Notes: generated from the sequence alone by a model not told the origin. 64,000 bases of DNA from the human T2T-CHM13v2.0 reference genome, Homo sapiens (GCF_009914755.1 NC_060947.1); one strand, 5' to 3'. Positions 40,980 to 55,358 are shown, counted from the stretch's first letter. Numbers and translations are program-made.

Positions 40980-43505
40980 GTATGTACTGCTCGCATACAG
41001 TTGAACAGGAATTTATTGCACAGCCGTCACACTGGGCAGTCCACTGGGCACTTGGGTGGGGGTGGTCTGCAAGGGGATGGAGTCTGGCTGGGATGGGACT
41101 GGGGGACAAGGTTTCTGTCCTTGAGTAGGAGGGCCCAAGCAAGGGAGAATACTACCCACTGGCTCCTTCCTCCCTTCTTTCCCCACTCTCTGAGGCTGGG
41201 CATGGGCTCTCCGCCAAGGTGCCTGCAGTTACCTGGGTGGAGGGGGCCTTTCTGCACCCACAGCAGCTCTGGCCTCTGAGATTGCCTATGTCCTTCAACT
41301 CAGATCAAAGAACAATGTGTAGCCAAACAAGACACTTTTCTTCAGGCTGGATACAGCCTCATGGCCACCAGTTTGTGCTAAACCAAGGCAAAGGCACTGG
41401 AAATGGTGAGAAGGCGAAAGCAACACATTAATCTGTTGGAATTGGAGGGAGAGTGGTCAAGATTGTCTTCCAGGTTTTTCTAGTGCTTTGGCTGAACCCA
41501 GTTACTCTTACTACTATGTATATCTGTATGAATTTTTAAGCTTAAATATTAGGATGAAATGGATTGCTTATCATTCCTTTATTTTTATTAAGCTATATAT
41601 AGTTGATACTGAAAACAACCACTGATCCTGTAGACCAAAGACATGTTAATACTTAAGGCAAAAAATTAATATATTTTCTTATTTAGATTCCAGGAATTTC
41701 TTAGTTTTTCCCTTAAAAATTTGATATAGTAAGCATAATTTTCTTTGTTTTTACTTTCATTGAAGAGTAATGTATGCTCACATCTGAATTGTCTTACAAG
41801 ACAAAGAATGTATTTGAAGGACTATATGTTATTTTTTAACGAGTATTTGGGGACAATAAGTGTATATTAAGGGAGGGGAAAAAGACTGATGTGTCAGGCA
41901 TAGGGGCACCAGGTTACCCCGGACCTGAGCAGAAGGGCTGTCTGTTTCTGCACTGGCTTAGGCAGCCGGTAGCAGCTTGCCAAGTACTCTCTTAGCTGGA
42001 TCCCCTTTCAGCAAGGTTTCTGCTCCAGACTCCTAACTACATATTTAAGCTGCTTTGCCTCCAGGGACGTGTGTCTTGGGTAACTCCCAGGTTACTTTGC
42101 TAGAGCGTGACAAAAGAAGGGAAAAGCTGTCCCTTGGTGTCATTGTCAGTCTGCATTATCCAAAGGAGGCTAGCCCGTTTGGACTCTTAACTGTTGTTTA
42201 GCACTTCCTGTGTCAGTCTGGAGGCTTCCTGTTATGCTTAGCATTGTTCCTGTGTAGGCTGCTTGCTGGTCATGGTGTCTGATGTACCCAGTTTGGGGTC
42301 TTGTCGGTTCCTCTGATGTGAAGGTGCTCAGCCTGCAGTAAAGAGCCACAGGCCTTGAGGTGAAAGTATGCTAAGCCACAAGGCCAACGTTCTGTGAGCA
42401 CAAACACACAGGGGTCCGGGCTCTGCCAAAGTCTGCAGAGGGTTCAGGTTTGCATCTGCCACCTTAAATACTGATGTAAATTTGCTTTCAGACCTAAGTA
42501 ACTGGAGGCAGAAATGTTTGAGTCCCCCATTTCAGGCTTGGGATGAAGAACCTTCTGTAACCTCTGTCTTGTCTGGTACTTCCCCCCTCTGCAGCCCAAC
42601 TTCCTCACGTAGGGTTTAGTTTGTGACTTAAGGGTTAATAAGTGTTCTGGCAAATTCTTAGTCTTAGGAGTTCTATTAAGTCAGAAACTTGCTGCATTTG
42701 CTCCCATTTTGTCTTTCCAGCTCTTTGGGCTCATCTCTGGACTTAGTGGACTGTTCCAGCTAAGATAAAAATGCTTCTGTTTAAATGGTAGTTATTACAG
42801 TATGAGTCCTTTATGTGTTCAGCATTATTCTTTGTGCCATTTGAATTAGGCCTTGAAAGATGGGGCAGCGATTGTGGTTTAATCAAAAGACCATGAGATT
42901 TGGATCAGGAGATTCACTGTCTCTGTGACCTCTGGGCAAGTCACTTGACCCCTGAGCACAGTGGAGATCGTAAAAATAGTAACAGCTTCTTTGAAGGGCA
43001 GTTGTGAGGATTAAATATGACAATGCAAAAAGAAGTTCTTTGCAAATGATAAAGTGCTACACAGAAGGTTATTCTCAGTAGAGGTGGAGATGTAGTCCTT
43101 GTAAGCCATGGGAAAATAGATTGTACCAAGGCACAAATGCGGGAAATTGCAATTTGTGTCCAGGGAACATTTAAGTTGCCCACTTTGGCTAGAGTGTCAG
43201 TGGTAGCTGGGAATAGAGCTTTGGACAGGGTTGACCCTGGCCATGAATGTCAGGCCAGGCAGTCAGTGAAAAACCAGAGGGGGACATTAATTGGAGCATG
43301 GCCTGCAAAAATGAATCTGGAGGGGTGTGTGTGATTGGATGAGAAGAGACAGAGCCTGGAGGTAAGGAACACTGGAGTGTTCTCATATCTAGGCATTAAA
43401 GGGTAGGACAAGAACTTGAACTAGAGTAGGAACCAGGGGGATGGAAAGGAGGTGCTGGCTGGAAGAGAAAGTGTGAAGAAGATAGTCTGTCTCTGTGCCC
43501 AATAA

Positions 43506-43727
<222 letters not shown>

Positions 43728-44222
43728 TAGCCAGGATGGTCTCGATCTCCTGACCTCGTGATCCGCCTGCCTCGGCCTCCCAAAGTGTTGAGATTAAGGC
43801 GCGAGCCACCGCACCCAGCCAAGAAGAGGAATTTTTAAATGTCTTTGAGGTTTTTCAGCCAATTGTAACACAAGTTTGATAATTGAACACACGTTTAGCT
43901 GGAGATACATTCATGTTAATCAGTTGGAAGTTTGCACTGGGCAATTGTAAATTCAGAACTAGGTCTCAGGAGAGAGCTCCAGAGTGCAGATACAGATGTG
44001 GGGATAAGTCTCGTTGAGCTTGAAACCACGGGCTTTACACCTCTGAGGGTTGCAAAGAGAGAAGAGAAAAGGCTACAAATGAAGGCTTGGGAAATGCCCT
44101 GATCTAAGGAGCTGGATGGAAGAGGGAGCAACATGTTTTCAGGGTCTCTTGACGAGACGCTTAGGTGTGCATTCCTTCTCTCTCTTTAGCTACATAAACC
44201 TCAGTTGAATTTATCTTTGCAG

Positions 44223-44367
44223 GACTCCTAAATGCAAAGTCCCTGGATGTTTCTTGCAAGACCTTGAAAAGTCAAAGAAATACTCTGGAAAAAATTTAAA
44301 GCGAAATAAGGATGAATTGGTTCAGAGAATCTACGACCTGTTTAACAGATCCGTCTGTGATAAAAAG
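44223..44367 (+). CDS. GCNA: GCNA exon 10
   Basis: ttgcag| (R)TPKCKVPGCFLQDLEK...ELVQRIYDLFNRSVCDKK|gtagga. Confidence 0.93.
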
Positions 44368-45568
44368 GTAGGATCAATGAATGAGCACTGATTGAGCACC
44401 TGCTATACACCAGTACTCTTGGTGCTGTGAGGTGTGCTAACCATGTATACTTCCTGCCCTTGAGCAGAGGCAGTTAAGGTTGGGAGATGAGCCCTGGTAC
44501 AGGTGAAAGCAATAGAGAATGTGTATGAGTTATAATGTATAGGACAGATGGCTGTTACCACAGGAGATCAGCAGAGGGAGAAATCACTAAGAGCCTCAAC
44601 AGCCAGGAAGTAAGATTACCTGGAGGAAGTGAGACTCTGCTTCTTAAAGGATGGTAAGTGGCAAACAGGATGGGGGAGAGGGAGAGTTGAGGCTCGACAA
44701 TCAGGAAGAGAGGATTCTTGTGGAAGGATAATGGAAAAGAGCTGTGTGACCTTGAACAAGTTACTTGACTTCAGTTTGCCTCAGTTTCTTCATCTGTAAA
44801 ATGGGGACAACACAGTACGTATTACCTCATAGGATTATTGTTACCCTTACATAAGTTAATACACATACAGTGCCTAGAACAGGGCCTAGGACATAGTAAG
44901 CTCTTATTTTTTGATAGTGTAGGACTGGATACCAGAGGGCCTTGGGAATCAGGTTGGAGGAGGTGAAATTTACATCAGTAGGCACCACTGCACAGGGATG
45001 GGGTGCATCAGGGAGTGAATGAAATTAACCTGCTGAAAGAAATTAACCTGACACTAACCTGTGGGTATGGACTGGATTGGAGAAAATCTGGAGGCAGAGA
45101 GACCTATTGGTCATTAGATTTTTCAGACTTCATCATCTCTGGTGACAAGACTTTATGGAGGGAAGTTCTTACATATTCCTAAAGGTTCCCCAGCCTTTGA
45201 TGCCCTTCTGGATGACAGTGGTGTCACATCAGATGGGTGGAAACTGAAGTGTTCTGAGTTGCCTTTTCAGTCCAGCCTCGCCCACCTCAGCAGGGTTGTC
45301 CTTCTCTCCTTGGCTGCCCTAAGGACAAGAGACCCAAGTCCTGCACTCACGTGTTCTATCAATCTCCCTTGTGTCCTGATTGCCTGTTTGTTGTCTTTAC
45401 CCAGACGTTAATGTGGCTTTTATTCTCCTCAGAATGTTTTGATTTGTGTGCTCTTTGAATAAATTTCTTCTCAAACTTGCTCTGAGCCAAGAACCTGGGG
45501 GAGAAGGTTCTTTTTCCTTTTTATTAGAGGGTAAAAAACTCTGGAGTTAATATTTTCTGGTCTGCTTA

Positions 45569-45849
<281 letters not shown>

Positions 45850-45930
45850 CTAAAACTCCGTCTCAAAAACAAAAAAACAAAAAAACCCAAAACAGCTTTC
45901 TGATTCCTTTCATTTGCGTTTCATTCTCAG

Positions 45931-46069
45931 CTGCCAGAGAAACTACGCATAGGCTGGAATAACAAGATGGTGAAAACTGCTGGCTTATGCAGCACTGGTG
46001 AGATGTGGTACCCAAAGTGGCGGCGCTTTGCCAAGATCCAGATTGGCTTGAAAGTCTGCGACTCTGCAG
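45931..46069 (+). CDS. GCNA: GCNA exon 11 (SprT domain)
   Basis: tctcag| LPEKLRIGWNNKMVKTAGLC...AKIQIGLKVCDSA G|gtgatg; contains the SprT-type W..KM..TAG.C motif. Confidence 0.94.
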
Positions 46070-46623
46070 GTGATGGCAGGAGTGTGGTAGCTTCACCACT
46101 GTGCTCTTTCCTTCTGACACCGTGCCTGTGAAATTACTCCTAGCTGGTAGCCTGTGTCACAGCTCGAACTGTCATTCTTGGGTGGGCAGGCATGCTGTGT
46201 GTTGCTTAGAGGACATAGTTATTGGATGTCTCACCATCCCTGTGAATCAAACCTATCGATCTTTATACCAGGCCTGCCTTTCTCTCTGCATTTCCCCTTT
46301 GCCAGCAGTAGCATCTTCATTCTCTCAGGAGCTGAGGTTCAAGGTCCCCTCTTTCTAGCCAATCACCAAATCTTCCTTCAGAGTAGCTCACCATTCCTTC
46401 TCTATCTGTGCCTCCATCCAAGGACAGGCCCTCATCCCTGCTCTGTTTGGTCTCCCATATGCCACTACATTGCTTTCCTGCTGAGAAACCAGGGCTTTTC
46501 AAGGCCTAGAGCCTGGCTTTTGAGGCCATTGTAATCTGCTCCTGTTTGGCTTGGCCAATCTTGTCTCTCAGTATTCTACCACTAGCCCATGCCCCAGACA
46601 GGCTCTCTTCACACTGGCCTTCA

Positions 46624-46795
<172 letters not shown>

Positions 46796-47361
46796 AAATG
46801 TTTTTAAAAATGTGCCACATACTCATGTTTTGCCACACCCAGAATGGCCTTTCTAACTTTGCAAATTCAATCAATTAGTAAGAACCCCTGAGATCTCAAT
46901 TTCACCATGGAGCTTCTCCTAACCAAATCCCACGGCCATAGCGATTGCTCCCCACCCTGTCCATCTCTGTTCCTGGAGGGCAGAAACTAGATCTTGTCCT
47001 GATGTTTTTCTAGAAGTGCCTCATAAAAAAATGAGCATGTTGGAGCTGCTCTGAAAAGACCTGCTCACCGAAGGCTCTTTGCCATAAACAATATCGGGTT
47101 GAAGTAGGTTCACTATTCACTTTGAGAATCCTGGGAAGGTAACACTCGTGCTTGCCTGCATGTGCTTCTTTAAGATAGCCTTGTGTCTGGTGGCGCTGAA
47201 AGTCGAGGGGTTGTTGGGTAGCAGATAAGAAGAGGATTGGGGCCGGGTGTGGTGGCTCACGCCTGTAATCCCAGCACTTAGGGAGGCCGAGGTGGGTGGA
47301 TCACCTGAGGTCAGGAGTTTGGGACCAGCCTGGCCAACATGGCAAAACCCCGTCTCTACTA

Positions 47362-47523
<162 letters not shown>

Positions 47524-47604
47524 TCAAAAAAGGAAAAAAAAAAAAAAAAAAAAAAAAAGAGGATTGGTTTTAGTGCTCACATTTCTTTTCATTCTTCTTT
47601 CAAG

Positions 47605-47809
47605 ACCGAATCCGGGATACCTTGATCCATGAAATGTGCCATGCTGCCTCCTGGCTGATTGATGGTATCCATGATTCTCATGGTGACGCATGGAAGTATT
47701 ATGCCAGGAAATCCAACAGGATACACCCGGAGCTGCCCAGGGTCACCCGTTGCCATAACTATAAGATTAACTACAAGGTCCATTATGAATGTACTGGATG
47801 CAAAACGAG
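47605..47809 (+). CDS. GCNA: GCNA exon 12, SprT metalloprotease active site HEMCH (47628-47642) and first CxxC
   Basis: ttcaag| (D)RIRDTLIHEMCHAASWLIDGIHDSHGDAWK...YECTGCKT AG|gtaaga. Confidence 0.96.
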
Positions 47810-48111
47810 GTAAGACTCTTCTCAGACTTTTCCCAGTTACGTTTTGCTGGGGCCTCCAAGTGGCTCTTCAGTGATTTTATAAGTAGATGGCTGTCTGAAC
47901 TGAAGAGGAGAACCTCTCTCCTCCTTTCCACGTTCTCTTTCTCCTTTCTCTTCCGTAATTTGAGCCGGCCTGACCACTGCTGCCGCTTGGTGCCCGGGTC
48001 TCTGACAACCCAGAGAAAAGTATTGCTTTGGGCCCAAGGCTAACATCTCAGAGCTGATGCTGAGGTGCAGTGACTGATTCTTTTGTTGTGTGTTGTTCCA
48101 TTCCTTCCCAG

Positions 48112-48232
48112 GATTGGCTGCTACACCAAATCGTTGGACACCAGCCGCTTCATCTGTGCCAAATGCAAGGGGTCTCTGGTCATGGTGCCATTAACTCAGA
48201 AAGATGGGACCCGTATTGTGCCCCACGTGTGA
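48112..48232 (+). CDS. GCNA: GCNA terminal coding exon (second CxxC), stop TGA 48230-48232
   Basis: tcccag| (R)IGCYTKSLDTSRFICAKCKGSLVMVPLTQKDGTRIVPHV*; summed CDS is 2076 nt = 691 aa. Confidence 0.95.
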
Positions 48233-48352
48233 CCATTTGCTGTGTATGTGCAGAAGTATTATAGAAAAATTATGCAGGAGATGGCTAGGATTAGCCTTGG
48301 GGATGTGATGAAAACACTTGGCAGGAATTACAAGGCAATGAAGAATTCTTAA
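48233..48352 (+). pseudogene. In-frame HMG-box-like coding remnant in the GCNA 3' UTR
   Basis: 39 open codons after the TGA: PFAVYVQKYYRKIMQEMARISLGDVMKTLGRNYKAMKNS-TAA. Confidence 0.8.
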
Positions 48353-48811
48353 GGTTATCTTAGAGTATATTAATGTGAGCTATATCCTTTACTGGTAAGA
48401 AGTTTTAGAAAAGTTTGTTTTGTGAAGTTAGGAATATTAGAATTTAGGTACTGTTAAGTAAGTAATGTTAGAATTTAAGATTCATGTTATTAACGATGAT
48501 TGACCTTAAATAGGGACTCTATTGCTAACCATTCTGTGCCCTTGACAGGGTATTTCTGAAGCCCTTGGGATCTACCTTGGGTCTTACTTGAGTTCCATAT
48601 TTTTCACATGTAGAACAAAATGCAAAAGAAAAGTGAGTTTTCAAGAGTGGCAGGTTGAGAGAGGAGAATGCTGGAAAGAGGACAAGTTTGAGAGGCAACA
48701 CTTAAACACTAGGGCTACTGTGGCATCTATGTAGACAGGAAAGACAAACGTGTTTCATAAAATTCGTTGTTGATGGTATTGATTGAAACTATCTGAGCCA
48801 TGTAATCAAAA

Positions 48812-48817
48812 AATAAA
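48812..48817 (+). terminator. GCNA: GCNA polyadenylation signal
   Basis: AATAAA preceded by TGTA and followed by U/GU-rich sequence. Confidence 0.8.
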
Positions 48818-49050
48818 AGTTTTCTGCATCTTGCTTGTTAGCAAAGTCTGTTCATTGAATCCCTGCACCTAGAGCAGAACAGACCCTCTGGTCTTTTGTC
48901 CAAGACTCCGAACATCTGAAGCCCTCCAGGACTCGTCTAGAGGAGCGTGCCGCACTCCGTGTTTCTCTCTGGATTTCTGTGACTGCCCATAAGGACTTAG
49001 CAGCTTCCCTACTTCTTGGAGTGATTCAGGATGTGGATTGGGATCCACAT

Positions 49051-50125
<1,075 letters not shown>

Positions 50126-51182
50126 GCATCTTGACTACCCTGATACTTTTTCTAGGCAGGGTGCATTCTGTCATTTCCCTTCCTTTCTTCATTTTGTAAA
50201 AGCTTGGAGTGTCTAGAGGCCACAAAGCGGGATGGTGTGTTTATGTGGTGGGACGAGCTTCCCCAGGTAACTCTTCAGATTCTTCCTCCCCATTCCCATC
50301 TCCGGCCGTTTCTGCAGTTTCAGCAGGGGTGCAGCTGGCCTGTGAAACTGGATCCTAGCACATTGGTGACTTAATTAGGGGGCACTGACAGTGCAGTAGA
50401 CCCACCTTGTCACCTTCTGTTTTAACTCAGCCCTGTCACTTGCCTTTCTGGGAAACCCCAGTTATTTCTTTCCCTCACTTCGGCCTCATTGATAGCCCTG
50501 GAAAAATGCTCCCCACAGCCCGCCTCCAGGTGGCTGTGTGCTAATGACTGTTGGCAAGTCATCTGGCCTTGCTTTTCTTCAAGCCCACAGCCATTTCCCT
50601 AGTAAGCGCTTGTATCACTCACCTGAAAAACCAGTAGGGCCTTCTGACTGGTCTCCAATACCATCACCTGATCCCAAATTACCTTTCAGTCTTACTTTCA
50701 GCCTTCCCACTGTTGCTACTGCCCTCCCTTATGCCTGGAAATACTACTTGCCCTTTAAGTCTTCAAGAAGCCTTCCCAAATGGCTCCAACCTTCAGTGCC
50801 CTGAGCTCTGGGTTCACTGTGCCACTTATGTGCCCCATGGCCCAGGCTGCTGGGTTTCGCTAGTTTCACACACATCTTGCCTCCTGTCCTGAGCTGCTGG
50901 AGTGCAGGGCTCTCGTGTTCATGTCTGATGGCCCCTTCCCCAATTATGCCAACCAGCTGCCTAACTGCTCACTCTGCACCCATGTACTTGGGTGTTTCCC
51001 TGTGAGTAGAACAGGAGTGCCCACGAGGGCAGAGACAAAGCTGCAGACAGACATTGATGAAGGCAGGATGGGCTGGCACAGACCCAGGGCCAGGCAGGGA
51101 GAACCAGGAAGTGCCCCTGGAGCCCAGGTGGGCTGGGCTGACTGTAATGATGCACGAACATGCCCTGGTCCTGACGATCTTG

Positions 51183-51188
51183 TTTATT
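51183..51188 (-). terminator. CXCR3: CXCR3 polyadenylation signal
   Basis: tttatt on + is AATAAA on -, about 430 nt past the stop. Confidence 0.8.
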
Positions 51189-51614
51189 GAAAAGTTTTAA
51201 GCAGGATTTTAGACATAAAAATAAAAGAGCAAATATAGAGGTCTTGGGGACCATGGCCACAGTCACTGCTGAGCTGGAGGCCTGGGCTGTGGCTTCATGG
51301 GGCAGCACCCTCTACGCCATGCCTTGTACTCCCCGCACTTGGGGAAGATGAAGTTTTAGTTTCCAAATGAGAAGGGCAGTGGGGCTCCAGGCAGCCACCT
51401 CGGGCGGCAGGATGGGGCTTGGCAGCTAAGGAGCAGCAATGGTGCAGTCCTCAGAGCTGGGAGGGTGGCTTCCCGGGAGACCTGGTGGTGCTGGGGCTGC
51501 CAGTGAGTCCCGGGAGCGAGGATATTGGGGAGAGCCAGAGCCGGCAGAGGGAGGGAGGAGCCTGGAATGCGGGGAAGTCAGACTGTGGGCGAAAGGGGAG
51601 CCCGGATTCCGGCC

Positions 51615-52709
51615 TCACAAGCCCGAGTAGGAGGCCTCTGAGGTCTCAGACCAGGATGAATCCCGGCGGGAAGACGATGGCTGCCTCTGGAGCCCTCTCT
51701 GGTTGGGGCAGCCCAGGCGCAAGAGCAGCATCCACATCCGCTCCCGGAACTTGACCCCTACAAAGGCATAGAGCAGCGGGTTGAGGCAGCAGTGCATGTA
51801 GCCCAGGCCTGAGGTGACCGACTTGGCCACGTCTACCCTGCTTTCTCGGCCACAGTTGCGGGCCAAAGCGCCCAGGTCCATGAGGATGTCCACCAGCACC
51901 ACCAGGTGATAGGGGGTCCAGCAGAGGGCAAAGGCCACCACGACCACCACCACCAGCCGCATGGCCCGCAGGCGCCGCTGGCCCCTGGAAACCAGCAGCA
52001 CGGCCAGGATGTGGGCATAGCAGTAGGCCATGACCAGCAGGGGCAGCAGAAAGCCAGCCACCAGCTGCAGCACCCGCAGAGCCGTGCGGCCCACCTGTGG
52101 GAAGTTGTATTGGCAGTGGGTGGCGTTGAGGCGCTCGTCGTGGTGGGCCGACAGGAAGATGAAGTCTGGGAGGGCGAAAAGCAGGCAGAGCCCCCAGACA
52201 GCCAGGCAGGTGAGGGTCACGCGGGCCGGGGGCCCCCGGCGGTAGAGCTGGGTGGCATGAACTATGTTCAGGTAGCGGTCAAAGCTGATGCAGGCCAGCA
52301 GGAGGGCTCCTGCGTAGAAGTTGATGTTGAAGAGGGCACCTGCCACTTTGCAGAGGCCAGAGCCAAAGACCCACTGGACGGCAGCGTCCACTGCCCAGAG
52401 CGGCAGTGTCAGCACCAGCAGCGTGTCTGCTACAGCTAGGTGGAGCAGGAAGGTGTCGGTGCTGCTCAGGGCTGTCCGCCGGCTCAGCAGCACGGCTGCC
52501 ACCGCGCCGTTGCCCAGCAGCCCCAGCAGAAAGAGGAGGCTGTAGAGGGCTGGCAGGAAGGCCCGGTCGAAGTTCAGGCTGAAGTCCTGTGGGCAGGGCG
52601 GGGAGGTACAGCACGAGTCACTCTCGTTTTCTCCATAGTCATAGGAAGAGCTGAAGTTCTCCAGGAGGGCGGCAACCTCGGCGTCATTTAGCACTTGGTG
52701 GTCACTCAC
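51615..52709 (-). CDS. CXCR3: CXCR3-A main coding exon (7-TM chemokine receptor; 368 aa with exon 1)
   Basis: [34 protein letters not shown]..., GN in TM1, LAVAD, DRY, CWTPY, NPLLY; acceptor cacag|GTGAGT; 1095+12 = 1107 nt. Confidence 0.98.
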
Positions 52710-52862
52710 CTGTGAGGGCGGGAACGGGGAGGAAGGGGCTGTGTAAAGGCCTGGCAGGAACTCTTTTGTGATTGAGTCTGATTTAGTCTGTGATTTACTC
52801 TGAGCAGCTCCTCCTATAACTGTCCCCGCCAGTCTTCCAGGGCCGTACTTCCTCAACTCCAT
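51615..52862 (-). CDS. CXCR3: CXCR3-B isoform (415 aa, extended N-terminus; alternative acceptor at 52953)
   Basis: Single [16 protein letters not shown]...; pyrimidine-rich acceptor ctcttcttcctgcccag| 244 nt upstream of the A acceptor. Confidence 0.9.
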   Translation of the reverse strand: MELRKYGPGRLAGTVIGGAAQSKSQTKSDSITKEFLPGLYTAPSSPFPPSQVSDHQVLNDAEVAALLENFSSSYDYGENESDSCCTSPPCPQDFSLNFDRAFLPALYSLLFLLGLLGNGAVAAVLLSRRTALSSTDTFLLHLAVADTLLVLTLPLWAVDAAVQWVFGSGLCKVAGALFNINFYAGALLLACISFDRYLNIVHATQLYRRGPPARVTLTCLAVWGLCLLFALPDFIFLSAHHDERLNATHCQYNFPQVGRTALRVLQLVAGFLLPLLVMAYCYAHILAVLLVSRGQRRLRAMRLVVVVVVAFALCWTPYHLVVLVDILMDLGALARNCGRESRVDVAKSVTSGLGYMHCCLNPLLYAFVGVKFRERMWMLLLRLGCPNQRGLQRQPSSSRRDSSWSETSEASYSGL

Positions 52863-53687
52863 CCGCTCAGCCTGGGCTCTGGGATAGTGACTTCCCTTCT
52901 CAAAGGCTGCTTCTCTCGCATTCTTCTGCGTGATCCCATCGGCCCAGGGACCCCTGGGCAGGAAGAAGAGCGTCCCTCCAGTGCCCAGAGCCCTCTCTGC
53001 CCACTGTCCTCTCTCTCCCTGCTCTCCCTTCAGGCTTGCCTTGCGTCCTCAGTGCCCCACCCCCAACACATAGTTCAACCACCTTCCTCCCCAGCGCCTC
53101 TCCACAATCCCCTTTTCCAGTCACTAACCCTCCTCTTCCCTCCTTGGCCCTTGTCCGGGGACCCCAACTTCCTGCGCCCCCCCCCACCGTGTGGCCTCTC
53201 TACAAGTCACCACGCCCCCCAAATGCATGCAGTCTGCCCAGTCCTTCCCCCTCCCTACACTGAGGCTTGCACGGCCATTTAGCTGCCCACAAGGGGATCC
53301 CCCACTTAGCTTGAGAAGGAATCTTCTTTATCCCCTCACCCCCAGCACTATGGACCTGCAGGTCTCCCCAGTACCAATTTAGTCCAGCACGCCAAGAGTC
53401 AAAGTTCCAAGTCTCCTGAAGGGAGCCTTCGAGTCTACTTGCCCCCCGCCCCCCCCATTTTGCAGACGAGACACCGAAGCCAGAGAGGAGAGGAGAGGCA
53501 CCCAGGGTCAGTGGCCAAGCTGGGTTCCCAATTCCCCAGTGCTGTTTCTGCCACAACCCATGCGGCCTCCAGCTACTCACCCAACCCTGTGGTGACCCTG
53601 GGCTGTGGGCCAGCCCTGGCATTCCCCTGATGCCCCGGGTTTTCCACTTCGAATTCTGGCCTGGCCTGGCTGGGCAGCAGCACTTAC

Positions 53688-53699
53688 CTCAAGGACCAT
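53688..53699 (-). CDS. CXCR3: CXCR3 exon 1 coding part (MVLE)
   Basis: GCC ATG GTC CTT GAG|gtaagt on the minus strand, in strong Kozak context. Confidence 0.95.
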
Positions 53700-53900
53700 G
53701 GCTGGGCTGGTGCTCTGGCTGCTGGGTGGTGTGCTGCCTGCCCCTCTGCTTTGGTGCTTGTGGTTGGAAACCTGCAGTCACAGAGGAAGTGGGAGTTTCA
53801 GGCAGTTCTCAGCAGCAGCCTCTTCCAGGGAGTTACCTCTACCAGACCTCCCTAAACCTCAGGCCACAGAGTTTCCGTGACTGGGTGAAACCTCTCTGGA
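53700..53900 (-). promoter_or_regulatory. CXCR3: CXCR3 5' UTR and TATA-less proximal promoter (limits approximate)
   Basis: Immediately upstream of the ATG; RUNX-like TGTGGTT 53759-53765, ETS-like AGGAAGT 53784-53790. Confidence 0.55.
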
Positions 53901-55304
53901 GGAGCTGGCTACAAGCTTGGGACCAGAAAAGCTGGGCAGAGGATGACTGGCTGGGGGCAGGTCCTTTGAGAAGAGAGGTCTGAAGAGGAAGCAATGCAGC
54001 TGAGAAGTGAAGGGCAACCCTACTGCCTGCACTGGTAGGGTCAGTGCTCCATAGATTGGAACTCATCTGTCCTGGCCTTGAGTTGATCTTTGCATGATTG
54101 TAAAGGCTGGGTAGAGAAATAAGTCTGCAGAGGAGATCCACCTTCTTAAAAATTTCAGCTAGGTGCAGTGGCTCATTCCTGTAATCCCAGCTACTGGGGA
54201 GGCTGAGGCAAGAGGATCACTTAAGGCCAAGAGTTTGAGACCAGCCTGGGCAGCATAGCGAGGCTCCATCTCTACCAAAAATAAAAAAAGCCAGCCGGGC
54301 ATGGTGGCATGTGCCTGTAGTCCTAACTACTTGGAAGCCTGAGACAGGAGGATTGCTTGAGCCCGGGAGTTCAAGTCTGCCTTGAGATATAATTGTACCA
54401 CTGCACTCCAGCCTGGTGACAGAGTGAGGCCCTGTCTCTTAAAAAGGGAATTAAAATATTTTTTTAAAAAGCCGTTACACTAAATCTAGCTTTTTACCAC
54501 CACCTCTCCCTGCTAATCAGTGGGGAAAAAGAAAGGGAACTACCAGTAATGAACTTGCTATGTGATAGACATTGCTTTAGGTGCTTTCTCCGACACTGCC
54601 TTATTTCAACCACACAACTCACTTGTGACGTGCGGGGTTATCTGCATGGATGATTCAGAAAGGGGACAGGCCTTCGCCAGACACGGCAATTAAAGGTGGG
54701 CGTGAGGATTGATCCCACGGCTGTCTGATTCTCCTTTTCCTACTCATGAACACTGTCTTCAGTTTCTTTTAAGTGAATAAGCTATGATATATTCATGCAG
54801 TTAAAAACAAATGAACTAAAGCTACACATTTGAACATGGATGCATCTAGAAAAGCCAACGATCACATGGTAGAAGAAGCAAGTTACAGAATGCCATGTAT
54901 AGTTTGATGCCACTTACATAAACTCTAAAAACCACCACAAAATCAATACCATGTTGTTTTGGATAACACTGTTGGTTCTCGAGGTTTAAAACAGGGACAG
55001 GAGATACCACAAATTCATAAAAGCAGTTGCTTCTCGGGCAAGAAGGAGGATGGGGTTGGGGAGGAGGCCATAGGAACTTCTTGATCTTAAGGAAAAGCTG
55101 TAAGGCAGCCTTGGTACAGCACATCAGTCACTTTATGGCAGAGAATGGTGAACAATTCCTCTCCCCACCTGCCCTCAGCTCTCCCCTTTGCCCTCTTCTC
55201 CCCTCCCTGTCGCCCTCTTCTCATTACCAGTGGGCAAGGCTGCCCGTAATTTGCTTCTCCCAAGCAGTTTCCTCTTTCTCTCTCTCCCCTAGTTGGAAAG
55301 CAGG

Positions 55305-55358
55305 GGTGGAGGGAGAGAGAGAAAGAAGAGAGAAGAGAGAAGAGAGAGAGAGAGAAAA
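55305..55358. repeat. GA-rich polypurine tract
   Basis: gagggagagagagaaagaagagagaagagagaagagagagagagagaaaa. Confidence 0.85.

Noticed and set aside
51419-52691. Several plus-strand ORFs antisense to CXCR3
   Set aside because: Shadow ORFs expected opposite a GC-rich coding sequence
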